A DNA stretch of 63,288 bases, the filler included, from Reclinomonas americana ATCC 50394 (Eukaryota), in NCBI GenBank assembly GCA_048213135.1. It is 7 parts of 7 records of this genome, joined end to end, with 100 filler letters (N's around TTAATTAATTAA, not from the genome) between each part and the next. Parts side by side here need not be neighbours in the genome. Positions count along the whole stretch, not along the records: positions 19,055 to 46,906 come from AFZH01018702.1; 6 more parts are not named here. The stretch is one strand, 5' to 3'. Within the stretch, counting starts at the first letter, position 1. Each line of letters begins with the position of its first letter. The position numbers and the translations under genes are program-made. Under the pieces are notes generated by a model. It was given only the letters and a program-made list of their open reading frames with translations. It was not told the DNA's origin and searched no databases. This document shows positions 32,184 through 43,269 of the stretch, piece after piece.

Positions 32184-32259
32184 CGGGATCGGAACAATCC
32201 CTAGCCAATGGGGCATTCTTGGTGCAGCATCTCGTAGTCATATCTCTGACCTTTGAATC

Positions 32260-32660
32260 CAAGCAGGAAGCCGGCAATGATGTGAACGAGTTGCGCTGTG
32301 AGGCGCGGGCGCTGCAGGAGGCTGTGAACGAATTCCGCCTGCTCAGAAATGCATGCCTGCATTAGGAACGTCGGCACATGAACCAGCCCTCAACCGACAC
32401 AGCCGAGATCACCCGGCTCGTTGAGGCCTCGGATCTGACGACGCGGGCACGCTACACAGGCTCGGCATCCCGCGCGCTACGTTCAGCCCCGGAACCATCG
32501 CTATCTCGAAGGCGGAATCGAGTTACTTTGCAATTGCCACTCACGGTTCGCCTGCGACTGGAACCGGATCCCCCGCATGAACCCTGGCCAAAATTGTCGC
32601 GTTGGCGTTGCGCGAGACGGACCTCAGAATGCACTGGGTTGCGATGCGCTATCTCCGTCG
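32260..32660 (+). mobile_element. Highly degenerate IS3-family transposase remnant
   Basis: Fragments LRCEARALQEAV, AEITRLVEAS, LGIPRATF, RYLEGGIE, WNRIP and KIVALALRETDL in shifting frames. Confidence 0.7.
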
Positions 32661-32663
32661 CAT

Positions 32664-32905
32664 CGTGGATCGCGTGGTAGATCGGGCTGGCATGGGGCTT
32701 CACCGCGACCCTGTCCTCCGGCCGCAAGCCCGAGAAATACAAAGCCGTCAGGATCGTGGAGAGAGGCCGAGGAGGCCTGGTGCCCGCCGATCTTCAACCC
32801 ATCCTCGTTGGGACGCAGGTGATTGGCATTATGGATCGTCCAGGTCGACAGCCAGAGCACCTTGCGCTCGAGTTCCTTCAAGATGCCCAGGTGTGTATTC
32901 ATCAC
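32664..32905 (-). pseudogene. Transketolase-like / pyruvate dehydrogenase E1 N-terminal fragment
   Basis: LERKVLWLSTWTIHNANH...KIGGHQASSASL, a frameshift, LYFSGLRPEDRVAVKPHASPIYHAI, then truncation at the IS remnant. Confidence 0.85.
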
Positions 32906-32912
32906 TGGTGCC

Positions 32913-33653
32913 TCACTTTAGCGGAGCCGTAGAGGCGGGATCGTGGCAGCCTAATCTATGCAGAGCTTCATTGACCCACGACCGGTCTAGCCGCCCTTCC
33001 CGAATCGCGGCCAGCATCTGTTCTTCCACTCGCTGCTTCTCGATAGAGGCAGAATAGACCGCTTCGACGTCAGCATGAGCGATGCAAACAACACCGTCCT
33101 CATCGCCGATGATCAAGTCGCCAGGCTCTATTCTCATCCCGTCGATGATGATTGGTCCATTTATCTCACCAGGGCCGTTCTTCGCCGGCCCTCGATGAGT
33201 GACGCCCATAGCGAAAACGGGAAAATTCCGCGACGCAACGTAAGCCGAGTCTCTCACTGCACCAAAAATAACTACGCCCGCAAAGCATTTTGCCTCTGCG
33301 TAACTCAACATGATCTCACCCATCGTCGCAATCGTGCTGCCACCGCCCGCGTCAACAACTAAGACATCTCCTGCCTGACCTCGATCAAGAGCAGCATGTA
33401 CCATTAGCGTGTCGTCAGACGGGACACGCACCGTCAGAGCCGGCCCGGCAAGACCACCACCCGCGTGGAACGGACGGAGTCGCGCCAGCCCCCTCGCGTG
33501 GGCCGGCAAACTGTCGCTAACGTTGGCAACAGGAAGCCGACGAAACTTATCGACAATCAACCGCTCGACCGCTCTCGGTCGGTCCCTGATCTGAAGAGGA
33601 ATTGTTGATGGCTCGTCCGCCTGCAGGTGCGGAGGTTGCTTGGCAGACTCCAT
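32913..33653 (-). CDS. RraA family protein (HMG aldolase / oxaloacetate decarboxylase-like)
   Basis: ANVSD, GPALTV, GDVLVVD, MGEIM, GAVRD, PGDLIIGDEDGV. Confidence 0.9.
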   Translation of the reverse strand: MESAKQPPHLQADEPSTIPLQIRDRPRAVERLIVDKFRRLPVANVSDSLPAHARGLARLRPFHAGGGLAGPALTVRVPSDDTLMVHAALDRGQAGDVLVVDAGGGSTIATMGEIMLSYAEAKCFAGVVIFGAVRDSAYVASRNFPVFAMGVTHRGPAKNGPGEINGPIIIDGMRIEPGDLIIGDEDGVVCIAHADVEAVYSASIEKQRVEEQMLAAIREGRLDRSWVNEALHRLGCHDPASTAPLK

Positions 33654-33699
33654 GGTGACTTTTGCTCCAGCCAATTACTGTTATTAGGATCGTGAAAGG

Positions 33700-34578
33700 C
33701 TACTTTGCAGTCCCGAGAATTCCGTGTGGCCTAAAGAAAAGGAAAATCAGGAGGATTGCGAGCGCCGCACCGCTTTTGAAGCCCGAGCCGAGGGCCACGA
33801 CCGCCCCCGCCTGCGTCACGCCAAGCGCAAGCCCGCCGAGAAATGCCCCGAACGGTCGCCCGAACCCGCCAACAATTGCGGCGATGAAGCCGGAAATCGC
33901 AAAGGGCAGGCCGACGTTGAACGCGGTGACCTGCGTAGGCGTGACCAGAATGCCCGCCACGGCGCCTAGAGCGGCACTCAAGGCGAATGACAACATCAGC
34001 ATCGTGGATACATTAATACCTTGGAGAGCTGCCGCCTCCCGGTTGATAGCGCAGGCTCGCATGGCCTTGCCTACTTGGGTACGTCCGAAAAAGGCAGCCA
34101 AGCCTAGGATGATGGCGCCGGATGCGGCGGCAATCCATAGGAGCTGATAGCTGACGGCTACGCCGGCGAGCCGAAGTGGCGGAAGGTCGGTAAACATCGG
34201 GAGTGTTTTCGGCTGGTCACCGACCATTAGCAGCGTCGCTCGCTCGATGACGATCTGCACGGCGAGCGTGGCAAGGATCATCACGAATGTACTGGCGTTG
34301 CGATCCCACAAGGGGCGCACAACGATCCTCTCGATGATGATGGCGAGGACGACCACAGCGACAACCGCCAGGGCGCCGGCAGGCAATAGGGGAATTCCAT
34401 AGTTCAACAGCAGCACGTGCGTGATCATGCCACCTAACATAACAAAGGCACCTTGGGCGAAGTTCACGATCCCGCTGGCGTTGTAGATGACGCAGTAACC
34501 GATCCCTATCAGGCCGTAGACGCAGCCCAGCCCCAGTCCGCTGACCAGGATCTGGGTAATATACGAGAGATTGCTCAT
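33700..34578 (-). CDS. Branched-chain amino acid type ABC permease (LivH-like)
   Basis: GIVNFAQG, GKAMRA...AAALQGIN, IVGGFG; hydrophobic. Confidence 0.93.
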   Translation of the reverse strand: MSNLSYITQILVSGLGLGCVYGLIGIGYCVIYNASGIVNFAQGAFVMLGGMITHVLLLNYGIPLLPAGALAVVAVVVLAIIIERIVVRPLWDRNASTFVMILATLAVQIVIERATLLMVGDQPKTLPMFTDLPPLRLAGVAVSYQLLWIAAASGAIILGLAAFFGRTQVGKAMRACAINREAAALQGINVSTMLMLSFALSAALGAVAGILVTPTQVTAFNVGLPFAISGFIAAIVGGFGRPFGAFLGGLALGVTQAGAVVALGSGFKSGAALAILLIFLFFRPHGILGTAK

Positions 34579-35381
34579 CGAACATCGCTTTCTTTCATGG
34601 ACACTTCTGCATGCAGCGCCTCTACCCCACCCAAATAAGCCTCAATTACTGCTGGATTTATGCGGACGGCTTCGGGCGCGCCCTGGGCGATCTTGCGCCC
34701 GAAATCGAGAACGACGACTGTGTCGGCGGTATTCATCACCAGTGTCATGTCATGCTCGATCAGGAGAACGGTGGTGCCGCGCTCCGCAACCCGCCGAATT
34801 ACGCCCGAGAGGCGCTGCGTTTCCTCACGGTTCAGGCCCGCTGCGGGCTCGTCAAGGAGCAGAATCTTTGGCTCGGCAGCGAGTGCCCGTGCGATCTCCA
34901 GCAGACGTTGCTGACCGTACGGGAGAACCGAGGCGGAGATATCCGCAAGATCGCTGAGACCCACGAAGTCGAGGAGCTCATGCGCGACGCGTTCCACCAC
35001 CCGCTCCTCAGTCCGGGCCCACTTCGGGCGGAACAAAGCCGCGATCACGCCTCCCCGGGTGTGGAGATGACGACCGACTTTGACATTTTCCAGCACCGAT
35101 AGGTTTTGGAAGAGCTGAACGAGCTGGAAGGTACGAACCAGGCCCTGTGCCGCCACTTTTTCCGGCGGCAGACCTGTGATGTTCAGCTCCTCGAACATCA
35201 CCCGCCCGCTAGTGGGGGGGAACGTCCCGGAAATTAAGTTAAACAGCGTCGTCTTGCCTGCGCCGTTCGGACCGATCACGGCGGTGACGCGCTGCGCAGT
35301 GACCTCGAAGCTAACGGAATCCACTGCCAAAAGACCGCCGAACCGTTTAGTAAGACTCTCGACCCGCAGGATGCTCGTCAT
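34575..35381 (-). CDS. ABC ATPase (LivG-like)
   Basis: FGGLLAV, GPNGAGKTT, RTFQ, LPYGQQR, LLDEPAAG, IEHDM. Confidence 0.95.
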   Translation of the reverse strand: MTSILRVESLTKRFGGLLAVDSVSFEVTAQRVTAVIGPNGAGKTTLFNLISGTFPPTSGRVMFEELNITGLPPEKVAAQGLVRTFQLVQLFQNLSVLENVKVGRHLHTRGGVIAALFRPKWARTEERVVERVAHELLDFVGLSDLADISASVLPYGQQRLLEIARALAAEPKILLLDEPAAGLNREETQRLSGVIRRVAERGTTVLLIEHDMTLVMNTADTVVVLDFGRKIAQGAPEAVRINPAVIEAYLGGVEALHAEVSMKESDVR

Positions 35382-36376
35382 CCCCGTACCCCCCGATTCC
35401 AGAGATCCGAGAGCGAGGCGAGGCCCCGCGGCGCATAGATGAGGAGCACGATCAGAGCCGCGCCGTAAGCGAGGTCCTGATAATCCTTGAGGTTGCGGAA
35501 GCTCTCCGGGAGCAGGATGATAATAATAGCCCCGATCAGCGGCCCTCCGATTGTACCGATGCCGCCTACGTAGAGCATGGTGAAGGCGAGATTCACCATG
35601 TGCAGCCCGTAGACCTCCGGACTCACGAAGCCGACCACGTGGACGAAGAAGGAGCCCGCTAGTGCCGCATAGACCGCCGCGATCAAGAACGCGATAAGCT
35701 TGTAGCGCGCGACATCGATCCCCAGCGCCCGCGCTGCATCCTCACTGCCGGCGACCGCCGCCATCGCTCGCCCCAGGCGGGAGTGGCGAATGAGCGCTGC
35801 CGCGGCCAGGCCGAGTCCCGCGATAACCGAGAGGAAGGTGAGATTGCCTCGGTCCGATGTGATCTCATACCCGAAAATCCCGATTGGTGGGATGCCTGAG
35901 ATACCCATGTAACCTTGCGTGACCGACTGCCATTGTACCGCCACTTCATAGGTGATGAGGCCGATCGCCAGAGTTGCCATGGCAAGATAGTGTCCCTTGA
36001 GCCGCAGCGCCGGGTAGCCCACGATGAGCGCAACAAGGAGCGCGCTGGCGAGGCCGACCGCGAGGGCAGGGGCAACACCCCAGCCATAGGTCGTAGTGAG
36101 GACTGCCGACATGTAGCCGCTGATGGCAGCAAAGGCGTTCTGTCCGAAAGAGACTTGGCCCGTATAGCCCATGAACAGGTTTAATCCCGTGACGAACAGG
36201 ACATAGATCAGGCCAAAGGAGACTACCGAGGTGAGATAGCCTCCACCGATATAGGCGTAGGCCACCAGCGCTACGCCAATCATGCTTGGCAACCAGTCCA
36301 GCCTGCGCCGCACGTGGTCTGGCTGAGGAGTTGGCTTCGCCTCAAGTGGCGAAGTAGTAGCGTGCAAGCTCGTCAT
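35378..36376 (-). CDS. Branched-chain amino acid type ABC permease (LivM-like)
   Basis: GYTGQVSFG, LRLKGHYLAMATL, AARALGID. Confidence 0.93.
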   Translation of the reverse strand: MTSLHATTSPLEAKPTPQPDHVRRRLDWLPSMIGVALVAYAYIGGGYLTSVVSFGLIYVLFVTGLNLFMGYTGQVSFGQNAFAAISGYMSAVLTTTYGWGVAPALAVGLASALLVALIVGYPALRLKGHYLAMATLAIGLITYEVAVQWQSVTQGYMGISGIPPIGIFGYEITSDRGNLTFLSVIAGLGLAAAALIRHSRLGRAMAAVAGSEDAARALGIDVARYKLIAFLIAAVYAALAGSFFVHVVGFVSPEVYGLHMVNLAFTMLYVGGIGTIGGPLIGAIIIILLPESFRNLKDYQDLAYGAALIVLLIYAPRGLASLSDLWNRGVRG

Positions 36377-37052
36377 GTGATCGGACCTCGCGAGGATTAA
36401 CTTCGGCTACAATCCGCCCGAGCGAGAGCAGATAGGCGCGATTTGCGAGCTTGAGCGCCAGCGGCGCTTTCTGCTCCACTAGAATGATTGAGAGACCCTG
36501 CCGGTTGAGCTCTCCCAAGGCCTCAAGGATCTCGGCAGTGACCCGTGGGGCGAGGCCGAGGGAGGGTTCGTCGAGAAGAAGAATGCGTGGCGCCGCCATG
36601 AGCGCCCGCCCGACCGCAAGCATCTGTTGCTCGCCGCCGGACAGAGATCCAGCAGTCTGGGCGAGCCGTTCCCGGAGCCTGGGGAAGATGCCAAGGACCC
36701 GTGACCAGCGTTCCTCGAACTGGGCACTGCCCTTGCGAATAAGATAGGCACCGAGCTCGAGGTTCTCCTCAACGCTCATCGGCCCGAAGATGCCCCGCCC
36801 TTCCGGCACGAGGATGATTCCACGAGCTGCCAGCGCAGCCGGATTGCGGCGGGGCAGGGCCTCGCCGCGAAGGCGGACCTCGCCCCGGTTCGGGACGAGG
36901 CCCATGATCGCCCGCATCAGCGTGGATTTCCCCGCGCCGTTCGGCCCGAGGACGGCGATAAATTCGCCATCCTCCACGCGGATCTCAGTGGGCTTCAGAG
37001 CTTCGACGTGCCCATAACGTGCACTGAGGTCAACCGTCTCGAAGAGAGCCAT
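36342..37052 (-). CDS. ABC ATPase (LivF-like)
   Basis: GPNGAGKST, VPEGRGIF, LSGGEQQMLA, LDEPSLGLAP, VEQ. Confidence 0.95.
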   Translation of the reverse strand: MALFETVDLSARYGHVEALKPTEIRVEDGEFIAVLGPNGAGKSTLMRAIMGLVPNRGEVRLRGEALPRRNPAALAARGIILVPEGRGIFGPMSVEENLELGAYLIRKGSAQFEERWSRVLGIFPRLRERLAQTAGSLSGGEQQMLAVGRALMAAPRILLLDEPSLGLAPRVTAEILEALGELNRQGLSIILVEQKAPLALKLANRAYLLSLGRIVAEVNPREVRSHDELARYYFAT

Positions 37053-37060
37053 GACAACGC

Positions 37061-38200
37061 CTAACGCGCAAGAGTGACCAGGCCATCTTTGATCTGGGCG
37101 AGATAGAGAGAGTTCTCAGTCAGGCCCTGATGATTGTCCGGCGAGAAATTGTAGACACCCGTCGTGCCTTGATATCCTGTGATCCTCTCCAAGGCGTCTC
37201 TTACCTTTGGACCTTCAAACGACTTGCTGTCCTCAATCGCCCGCTTGGTCAGCATCAATGCGTCCCAACCGCGGCCAGCCCAGTTCGGATCACGCTCGCC
37301 GTATTTTGCGCGCCAGGGTTTGCGAAACCGATCGATCTCCGTCTTTAGCGGTCCTTCCGGAAGCGCCTCATAGACTTGTGAGGGCGCTGCGACGAAGAAG
37401 AACTTGTCGCCGAGCACCTCGGCCACTGGACGGAATACAGTGACGTCTTCAAGGCTAGTCAGCATCAGCAGATCGAGGCCGAGTTGCGTGATGTTTTTGG
37501 CAGCGGTAAGGGTCGTTCCGCCCACGCCCATCTTGAGGATTGCCTGAGCACCTGCCGCATTCAATTTGCTTAGTTGCGCCGACAGATCGGCTTCGTCCTG
37601 CCTGTATTGCTCTATCCCTACGACCTCAAGGCCGAACTTTGCTGCATCCTTCTCAGCAATTGTCTTTTGCAGCGTAGCGTAGGGTGATGGATCGTATATC
37701 ACCCCGATCTTTTTGATTGGCGTCTTCTCCTGCAAATATTTCAGCCGCGTCTCGACCTCGAAGCGAGGGGGTGGGATTGTGGTAAAGGCCCATTTTACGT
37801 GGTCTGGCTGCTGAGGTAGGATTGAGCAGAGGACCATTGGCAATTGCGCTCGCACGACGAGTCCAGCCGCGGCAAAATTACCTGCCGAAACACATCCGGA
37901 AGTGAAGATCTTAACGCTGTCGGACGAGATCATCTTCCGGTAGGTGGTGACTGCCTCCTGCGGTTCAGACTTGTTGTCTTCGAGGAAGATTTCGATCTTC
38001 CGCCCCATGATCCCGCCTTGGGCGTTAAGTTCCTCCGCCGCAATTTTGACTGCGTCCGACCAAGCACGGTCGATCGTCGCAACATACCCGGTCAGTCCAG
38101 CCGAGATACCAACCTTGTATGTTTCGGAAGCATTCCCTGCGCTAACGGGGACTGCAACCGACAAGACCGCGATTATGTTAGCTAACTGTAGCTTCTTCAT
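37061..38200 (-). CDS. ABC substrate-binding protein (Leu/Ile/Val-type)
   Basis: Signal peptide MKKLQLANIIAVLSVAV..., LNAQGGIMGRKIE..EDNKSEP. Confidence 0.92.
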   Translation of the reverse strand: MKKLQLANIIAVLSVAVPVSAGNASETYKVGISAGLTGYVATIDRAWSDAVKIAAEELNAQGGIMGRKIEIFLEDNKSEPQEAVTTYRKMISSDSVKIFTSGCVSAGNFAAAGLVVRAQLPMVLCSILPQQPDHVKWAFTTIPPPRFEVETRLKYLQEKTPIKKIGVIYDPSPYATLQKTIAEKDAAKFGLEVVGIEQYRQDEADLSAQLSKLNAAGAQAILKMGVGGTTLTAAKNITQLGLDLLMLTSLEDVTVFRPVAEVLGDKFFFVAAPSQVYEALPEGPLKTEIDRFRKPWRAKYGERDPNWAGRGWDALMLTKRAIEDSKSFEGPKVRDALERITGYQGTTGVYNFSPDNHQGLTENSLYLAQIKDGLVTLAR

Positions 38201-38248
38201 AGCGCTTCCCTCCGTTGTCACCGCCTATTCTCAGGCGGACTTATTTTC

Positions 38249-39799
38249 TCAGGCAACCTTCCCGAAGCCACCTCCGCCAGGTGTGACGAGCAGCACCCGA
38301 TCCTCCGGCGACATCACGAACTTCCGCGGATCGGTGACGGAGTTGCCGTTGATCTCGAACTTACCGGGTGCACCCGCCTCAGCTCCCCCGAGCCCGTCCG
38401 AGTGATGGGCAGTCCGGCTCACGATTGCGTTCAGCAACCACGGCTTGTCAGTTTCCAAATGGAATTCGACGATTTGTCCATCGCCTCCGCGGAATTGACC
38501 ATCTCCGCCCGTTCCGCGAACGAGTTCCTTTCGGTCAAAAACGATCGGCATCTCAGCTTCGAGTACCTCGATGGGAACCGCCGAGATTCCGGCTGGATAA
38601 CAGGTAGCCGACAAGCCGCCCTTGTTAGCGCGAGCACCCATTCCTCCAGAGAAGTTGAACATGGAACTCGCAAATGGGCGTTCACTCTGGTCGCGGCCGA
38701 ATATTTGCAGCGACCAAAGGCCACCGGCACTCTCGGCCAGAACCGTGTCGGGGGTAATTTGGTAAAGCGCCTTCATCAACGGCATAGGAACGTGCATTCC
38801 GACGACATGGCGCGCACTTACTGGCGACGGATACTGTGCATTGAGGATCGAGCCCTCAGGAGCGATAACCTTGAAGGGCTCCATGCTTCCATTGTTGTTC
38901 GGAATTTCCGGGGTAAGACAACAATGCATCGTGAATGCATTGTAAGCAATCGTATAGTTGAGGCATACGTTGATCCCAAGGGGACTGGCGCCCGAGCTCC
39001 CCGTAAAGTCGGTGACGATTTCCCCCTTGACGTTATCGATGGTCACGGCAGTACGAATGACAATCTCTTCCGACCCGGGGATATCGAAGCGCGTCTCTCC
39101 ATGGAAGGTGCCGGCCGGGAGCTGTCGAATCCGCTCGCGTGTTGCTACCTCGGAACGTTCAATGATCGCATCGGATAGCTCCTGCAAATCCTCCAGCCCG
39201 TACCGTTCCATCAGGCTGACGATTCGCTCGCCCCCGATACGGCCGCACGATACCTGCGCAGCAATATCTCCGAGGACGTGCTCTGGCTCGCGCGTGTTCC
39301 GCCTGATAATGGCGTGAAGCGTCCGGTCCGGATCACCACCATCGTAAAGCTTGAGCGGAGGAATCCAAAGACCTTCCTCATGGATGTCCCGCGCACCTGC
39401 ACCCATCCCGTATCCGCCGATGTCGGTATGATGGATGCAGCTTCCGATAAAGCCGACAAGGTTCTCACGATAAAAAATCGGTGAGAGGATAGTGATGTCG
39501 AAGAAGTGCGAGGCCGCAAGCCACGGATCGTTCGTGATGAGATGGTCGCCTGGCCGTAAAGTCTCGACGGGGAATGCTTCCGTGAAGCATTGGCCAGCGG
39601 TACGCATCGTGTTGATGTGTCCCGGCGCCCCTGTCACCGCATTTGCGACGAGCCTCCCGTTCCGGTCGAGTACAGCAACCGCCAAGTCGCCAGCCTCTCG
39701 CACCACTGGGCTAAAAGCGGTCCGGCGAAGCGCTCGGGCCTGCTCGTTTGAGATGCTAATGAGATTGTTCCAGAGCACGCGAAGATGTACGTTGTCCAT
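38249..39799 (-). CDS. Hydantoinase B / oxoprolinase family protein
   Basis: RTAFSPVVREAGD, TNDPW, HHTDIGG, EEGL, TPGGGGFG. Confidence 0.95.
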   Translation of the reverse strand: MDNVHLRVLWNNLISISNEQARALRRTAFSPVVREAGDLAVAVLDRNGRLVANAVTGAPGHINTMRTAGQCFTEAFPVETLRPGDHLITNDPWLAASHFFDITILSPIFYRENLVGFIGSCIHHTDIGGYGMGAGARDIHEEGLWIPPLKLYDGGDPDRTLHAIIRRNTREPEHVLGDIAAQVSCGRIGGERIVSLMERYGLEDLQELSDAIIERSEVATRERIRQLPAGTFHGETRFDIPGSEEIVIRTAVTIDNVKGEIVTDFTGSSGASPLGINVCLNYTIAYNAFTMHCCLTPEIPNNNGSMEPFKVIAPEGSILNAQYPSPVSARHVVGMHVPMPLMKALYQITPDTVLAESAGGLWSLQIFGRDQSERPFASSMFNFSGGMGARANKGGLSATCYPAGISAVPIEVLEAEMPIVFDRKELVRGTGGDGQFRGGDGQIVEFHLETDKPWLLNAIVSRTAHHSDGLGGAEAGAPGKFEINGNSVTDPRKFVMSPEDRVLLVTPGGGGFGKVA

Positions 39800-41873
39800 A
39801 GCCGAAGCCCTCTTTAATTGCATAGATGCACCCGTTGTGGTCGACCTCGGCATTCCACCCTGGCAGAATGGCGATAGTCGTCTCACGTTCTTCAATGATC
39901 AGTGGCCCACGCAGTTGCTCTTGCTTGTTGAGAGCGGCTCGCGAGTAGACCGGTACTTCCACCTTGCCGGTGGGAAACTGGACGCTGCGACGTTGATTCC
40001 GAACCGAGGTTGCCTGTCTTTCTGGCTGAACCCGGGTTCTATCGTGTTCGGGGCCGTTGGCGGTGACACGCCACGCGACAATTTCAATCTCTAGCTCGTC
40101 CAGCTTCACGCCGTAGTTACGGTCATAGCTTTCCTCGAAAAGTTGCCGCATGGCAGACTCGTCACGCGAAGCGATTACCTTCGTAGGAAACGGTATCGTG
40201 AGTTCGTTGTGCTGGCCACGGTAGCGCATGTCGGCGAGCACTGAAATGGTAAGAGCATCGGAGGAGCAGCCAGCCTTGACCAAGGCTGATTTCGCTTCCT
40301 CGCTCATGGCCTCGATATGCGCTACCGCGACTTCCCAGTCCAATTTGCCGAGAAAACTCAATTCGCTCTGGACAAGGTCTAGCCGCAGCGGAGTCACTAG
40401 AGTGCCGAATGCCGACAGAACGCTCGCCATAGGTGGGTAGATCACGGTGCTACTCTCGAGGAGTTCCGCGACATAGCAAGCATGGACGGGTCCCGCACCG
40501 CCGAAGGCGAGAAGCGGAACTCCTCTCCAATCGATACCCCTCTCGGTAGCGTGAGCCCTGACAGCCGCCGCCATTGACTCGCCGACAAGCTCGTAGATGC
40601 CGAGCGCGACTTGGTCCTGATCGATGCCAAGTTCCTCGCCTAGAGACGCAAGGGCGCGTCGTGCACCTACCTCATCGAGCGCTATCTCCCCTCCTAGGAA
40701 GCGCTCGGGATCAAGCATTCCCAATACCAGATCGGCATCGGTGACCGTGGGCTTTGTTCCACCACGCCCGTAGCAGACTGGCCCTGGGTTGGACCCAGCA
40801 CTCTGGGGACCGACCGTCAAGAGATTTAACCTGTCCTTCGAGGCGATGCTGCCTCCCCCCGCTCCGATCTCGATCATGTCGATGCACGGTAGCGTCACGG
40901 GAAGGCCGCTTCCTTGCTGGAAGCGATAGATGCGATCGACTTCGAATGTGCCGGTTACAAGTGGTGTTCCATTCTGAATGAAACAGGCTTTGGCGGTCGT
41001 TCCTCCCATGTCGAACGAAAGAAGGGCATGAAGATCCAGCAGCTTTGCGTAGTAAGATGCTGCAAGCGCACCGGCGGCGGGACCAGACTCGATCATTCGC
41101 ACAGGGTTCGTGGCCGCCACATCCGCGCCAATCACGCCCCCGCTGCTCATCATGATGAGCAGGTCCTGACGGAACCCAGCGCGATGAAGCCCACCCTGAA
41201 GCGCCTCAAGGTACGGCTTCACTATTGGAATTGTGTAAGCATTCAGTGCGGTCGTCGAAGCGCGTGGATACTCCCGCATCTGAGGTGCGACGTCGGAGGA
41301 AAGCGAAACTAGGATACTGGGAATTCTCTCTTTCAAGATATCCCTAATCAGCCTCTCGTTCGCCGGATTCTTATAAGAGTTTAGGAAACAAATGGCGACA
41401 GATTTGACACCTGCCGCGGCGAGCTCACTCGCAGCCGCTTCAACGCTTTGCCGGTCTACCTCGTGAGCAATGCTTCCATCCGCGCGGGTTCTCTCAACGA
41501 TTTCGAATGTCAGTTCAACAGGAATCAGAGGCTCCGGGACTTCCAGCTGGTTGTCGAAAATGTCCGATCTACATTCATCTCGAATAACCAATACGTCGCG
41601 AAAGCCCGATGTAACGAGCAAGGCAGCCTTAGGCGCTTTCCGCTCAATCACCGCGTTCGTCACGACGGTTGTGGCGTGAACGACCACGTCGTCGATCATG
41701 GCCGGGGTTGCGCCGGCTTTCTTGAGTACGGCGTCGATGGCGCCAAAAAACCCTTTGGTAAGGTCCTCGGACGTGGTCAACGTCTTGTCAACCCAAAACC
41801 GACCGTCCGCATGCCGGAGGACCACGTCGGTAAAGGTACCTCCAATATCTACTGCGATGGAATATTCAGCCAT
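39756..41873 (-). CDS. Hydantoinase A / oxoprolinase family (ATP-dependent subunit)
   Basis: VDIGGTFTD, HATTVVTNA, ESGPAAG, FDMGGTT, GAGGGS, SAGSNPGP, FGGAGP. Confidence 0.95.
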   Translation of the reverse strand: MAEYSIAVDIGGTFTDVVLRHADGRFWVDKTLTTSEDLTKGFFGAIDAVLKKAGATPAMIDDVVVHATTVVTNAVIERKAPKAALLVTSGFRDVLVIRDECRSDIFDNQLEVPEPLIPVELTFEIVERTRADGSIAHEVDRQSVEAAASELAAAGVKSVAICFLNSYKNPANERLIRDILKERIPSILVSLSSDVAPQMREYPRASTTALNAYTIPIVKPYLEALQGGLHRAGFRQDLLIMMSSGGVIGADVAATNPVRMIESGPAAGALAASYYAKLLDLHALLSFDMGGTTAKACFIQNGTPLVTGTFEVDRIYRFQQGSGLPVTLPCIDMIEIGAGGGSIASKDRLNLLTVGPQSAGSNPGPVCYGRGGTKPTVTDADLVLGMLDPERFLGGEIALDEVGARRALASLGEELGIDQDQVALGIYELVGESMAAAVRAHATERGIDWRGVPLLAFGGAGPVHACYVAELLESSTVIYPPMASVLSAFGTLVTPLRLDLVQSELSFLGKLDWEVAVAHIEAMSEEAKSALVKAGCSSDALTISVLADMRYRGQHNELTIPFPTKVIASRDESAMRQLFEESYDRNYGVKLDELEIEIVAWRVTANGPEHDRTRVQPERQATSVRNQRRSVQFPTGKVEVPVYSRAALNKQEQLRGPLIIEERETTIAILPGWNAEVDHNGCIYAIKEGFGYGQRTSSRALEQSH

Positions 41874-41887
41874 GTTCCCGATCCAAG

Positions 41888-42691
41888 TTAGAGATCCTTA
41901 GAAATTTCCTCTGCCGCGGCCAGAAGAGCGTTTACGTCCGCCGGATCTGGTACTCGTGGCAAAGTGTCAGCGGGTGCAAACAGCCCGATCGACCCTTCGT
42001 AGCCTCGTCGAGACACGATTGGCGCGGCGATGGTGCTCATTCCACTCACTGATTCCTGCGAAGCAGAGGCCCATCCTTGAGCCCTGATGCCCTCAATTTC
42101 CCGCGTGAGAGCGAGAGGGTCCGTGATTGTAAACTCCGTGTGCTTCGGTAGCCCCGCGGCGATAGTGGAACCGAGCAGATGCCGCGGACCAAAGGCAAGG
42201 GCTACTTTACCATGTGCCGACGCATGCAGATCGAAACTTGCCCCGACCCTCAAGATGTACTGTACAGTCTTTCGGCCTGCTTCACTCTCGACGATCGTTA
42301 TTCGATGATCGCCCACCAAGCGGGCGAGTGTCACCGTATGTCCTCGTTCATCGCGAAGTCTTTCCATGACCCGGCGCGCGCTTCGAACGAGCCCGTCTCC
42401 GACTTGGATGCTCTGAAGAAGATCATAGGCCCGTCCGTCTAATCCAAACCGTTCCGTCTCTCTGTTTTGCGTGAGGAAACCAGCGTCCCGGAGTGTGTGG
42501 AGATGGCGGAATATTTGAAATTTCGTTAGCCCGAGTTCCTTTGCTAGTTCGGAGACGCCTCTATCGCGTCCGCTCTTTGCTATTGCCTCGAGGACGCTCA
42601 AACCCACGAGGAGTGAACGGATCGAGTACCCACTATCGGAAGAGTTGATCTCGCGTTTCTCTTCAGGAATCTTACTTACGGTTTTCTTCAT
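41888..42691 (-). CDS. IclR-family regulator
   Basis: HTH GVSELAKELGLTKFQIFRHLHTL, LHASAHGK, IRAQGWA, IAAPI; RBS AAGGAG. Confidence 0.93.
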   Translation of the reverse strand: MKKTVSKIPEEKREINSSDSGYSIRSLLVGLSVLEAIAKSGRDRGVSELAKELGLTKFQIFRHLHTLRDAGFLTQNRETERFGLDGRAYDLLQSIQVGDGLVRSARRVMERLRDERGHTVTLARLVGDHRITIVESEAGRKTVQYILRVGASFDLHASAHGKVALAFGPRHLLGSTIAAGLPKHTEFTITDPLALTREIEGIRAQGWASASQESVSGMSTIAAPIVSRRGYEGSIGLFAPADTLPRVPDPADVNALLAAAEEISKDL

Positions 42692-43269
42692 ATGGGAACT
42701 CCTTATGGTTCGCCGAGCATCAATTACTGGATGCTTGGCCGCCGCGCTCCCGGTTGGACAGAACTCTACAATTGAGGAATGCGCCAACCACCGATGGTGG
42801 ACCTCCGACACGACTTGGTCGACTCGACTAGTTGGTCGGAGGGATGACATTCAGCACTTGCCTCATGTTTCGCTATCCGCAACGTCGTTTTATATGTTCT
42901 CAATCGGGAATGGAAGTCAAGCGGCATTTCGAACGACGGCTTGAGCGCCCGATTTGACCAATTTCGCAGGCGATTTCTGGCTAGTAATGAAAAATGTAGC
43001 AACTTATGACCGGGAACTTGCAATATATTCATAGACAACAAGAACAAATGTTAGTGATGTTGTCTAACTATGGTTCATTAGATCATCTAGATTTGTAAAT
43101 AATATAGGCATGTAATTTGCGCATTGTATATTATTTAATCTCTATATATTTCATCAAGCCAGTTCGTAGTGAATCATCCCGTACGCCAGCTATTGACAAA
43201 CGGTTAAAGTTCTAGCGGAATAGGTGTCCGAAACGACGTTGCGGATTGCGCAACGAGCAGGGAGCACGG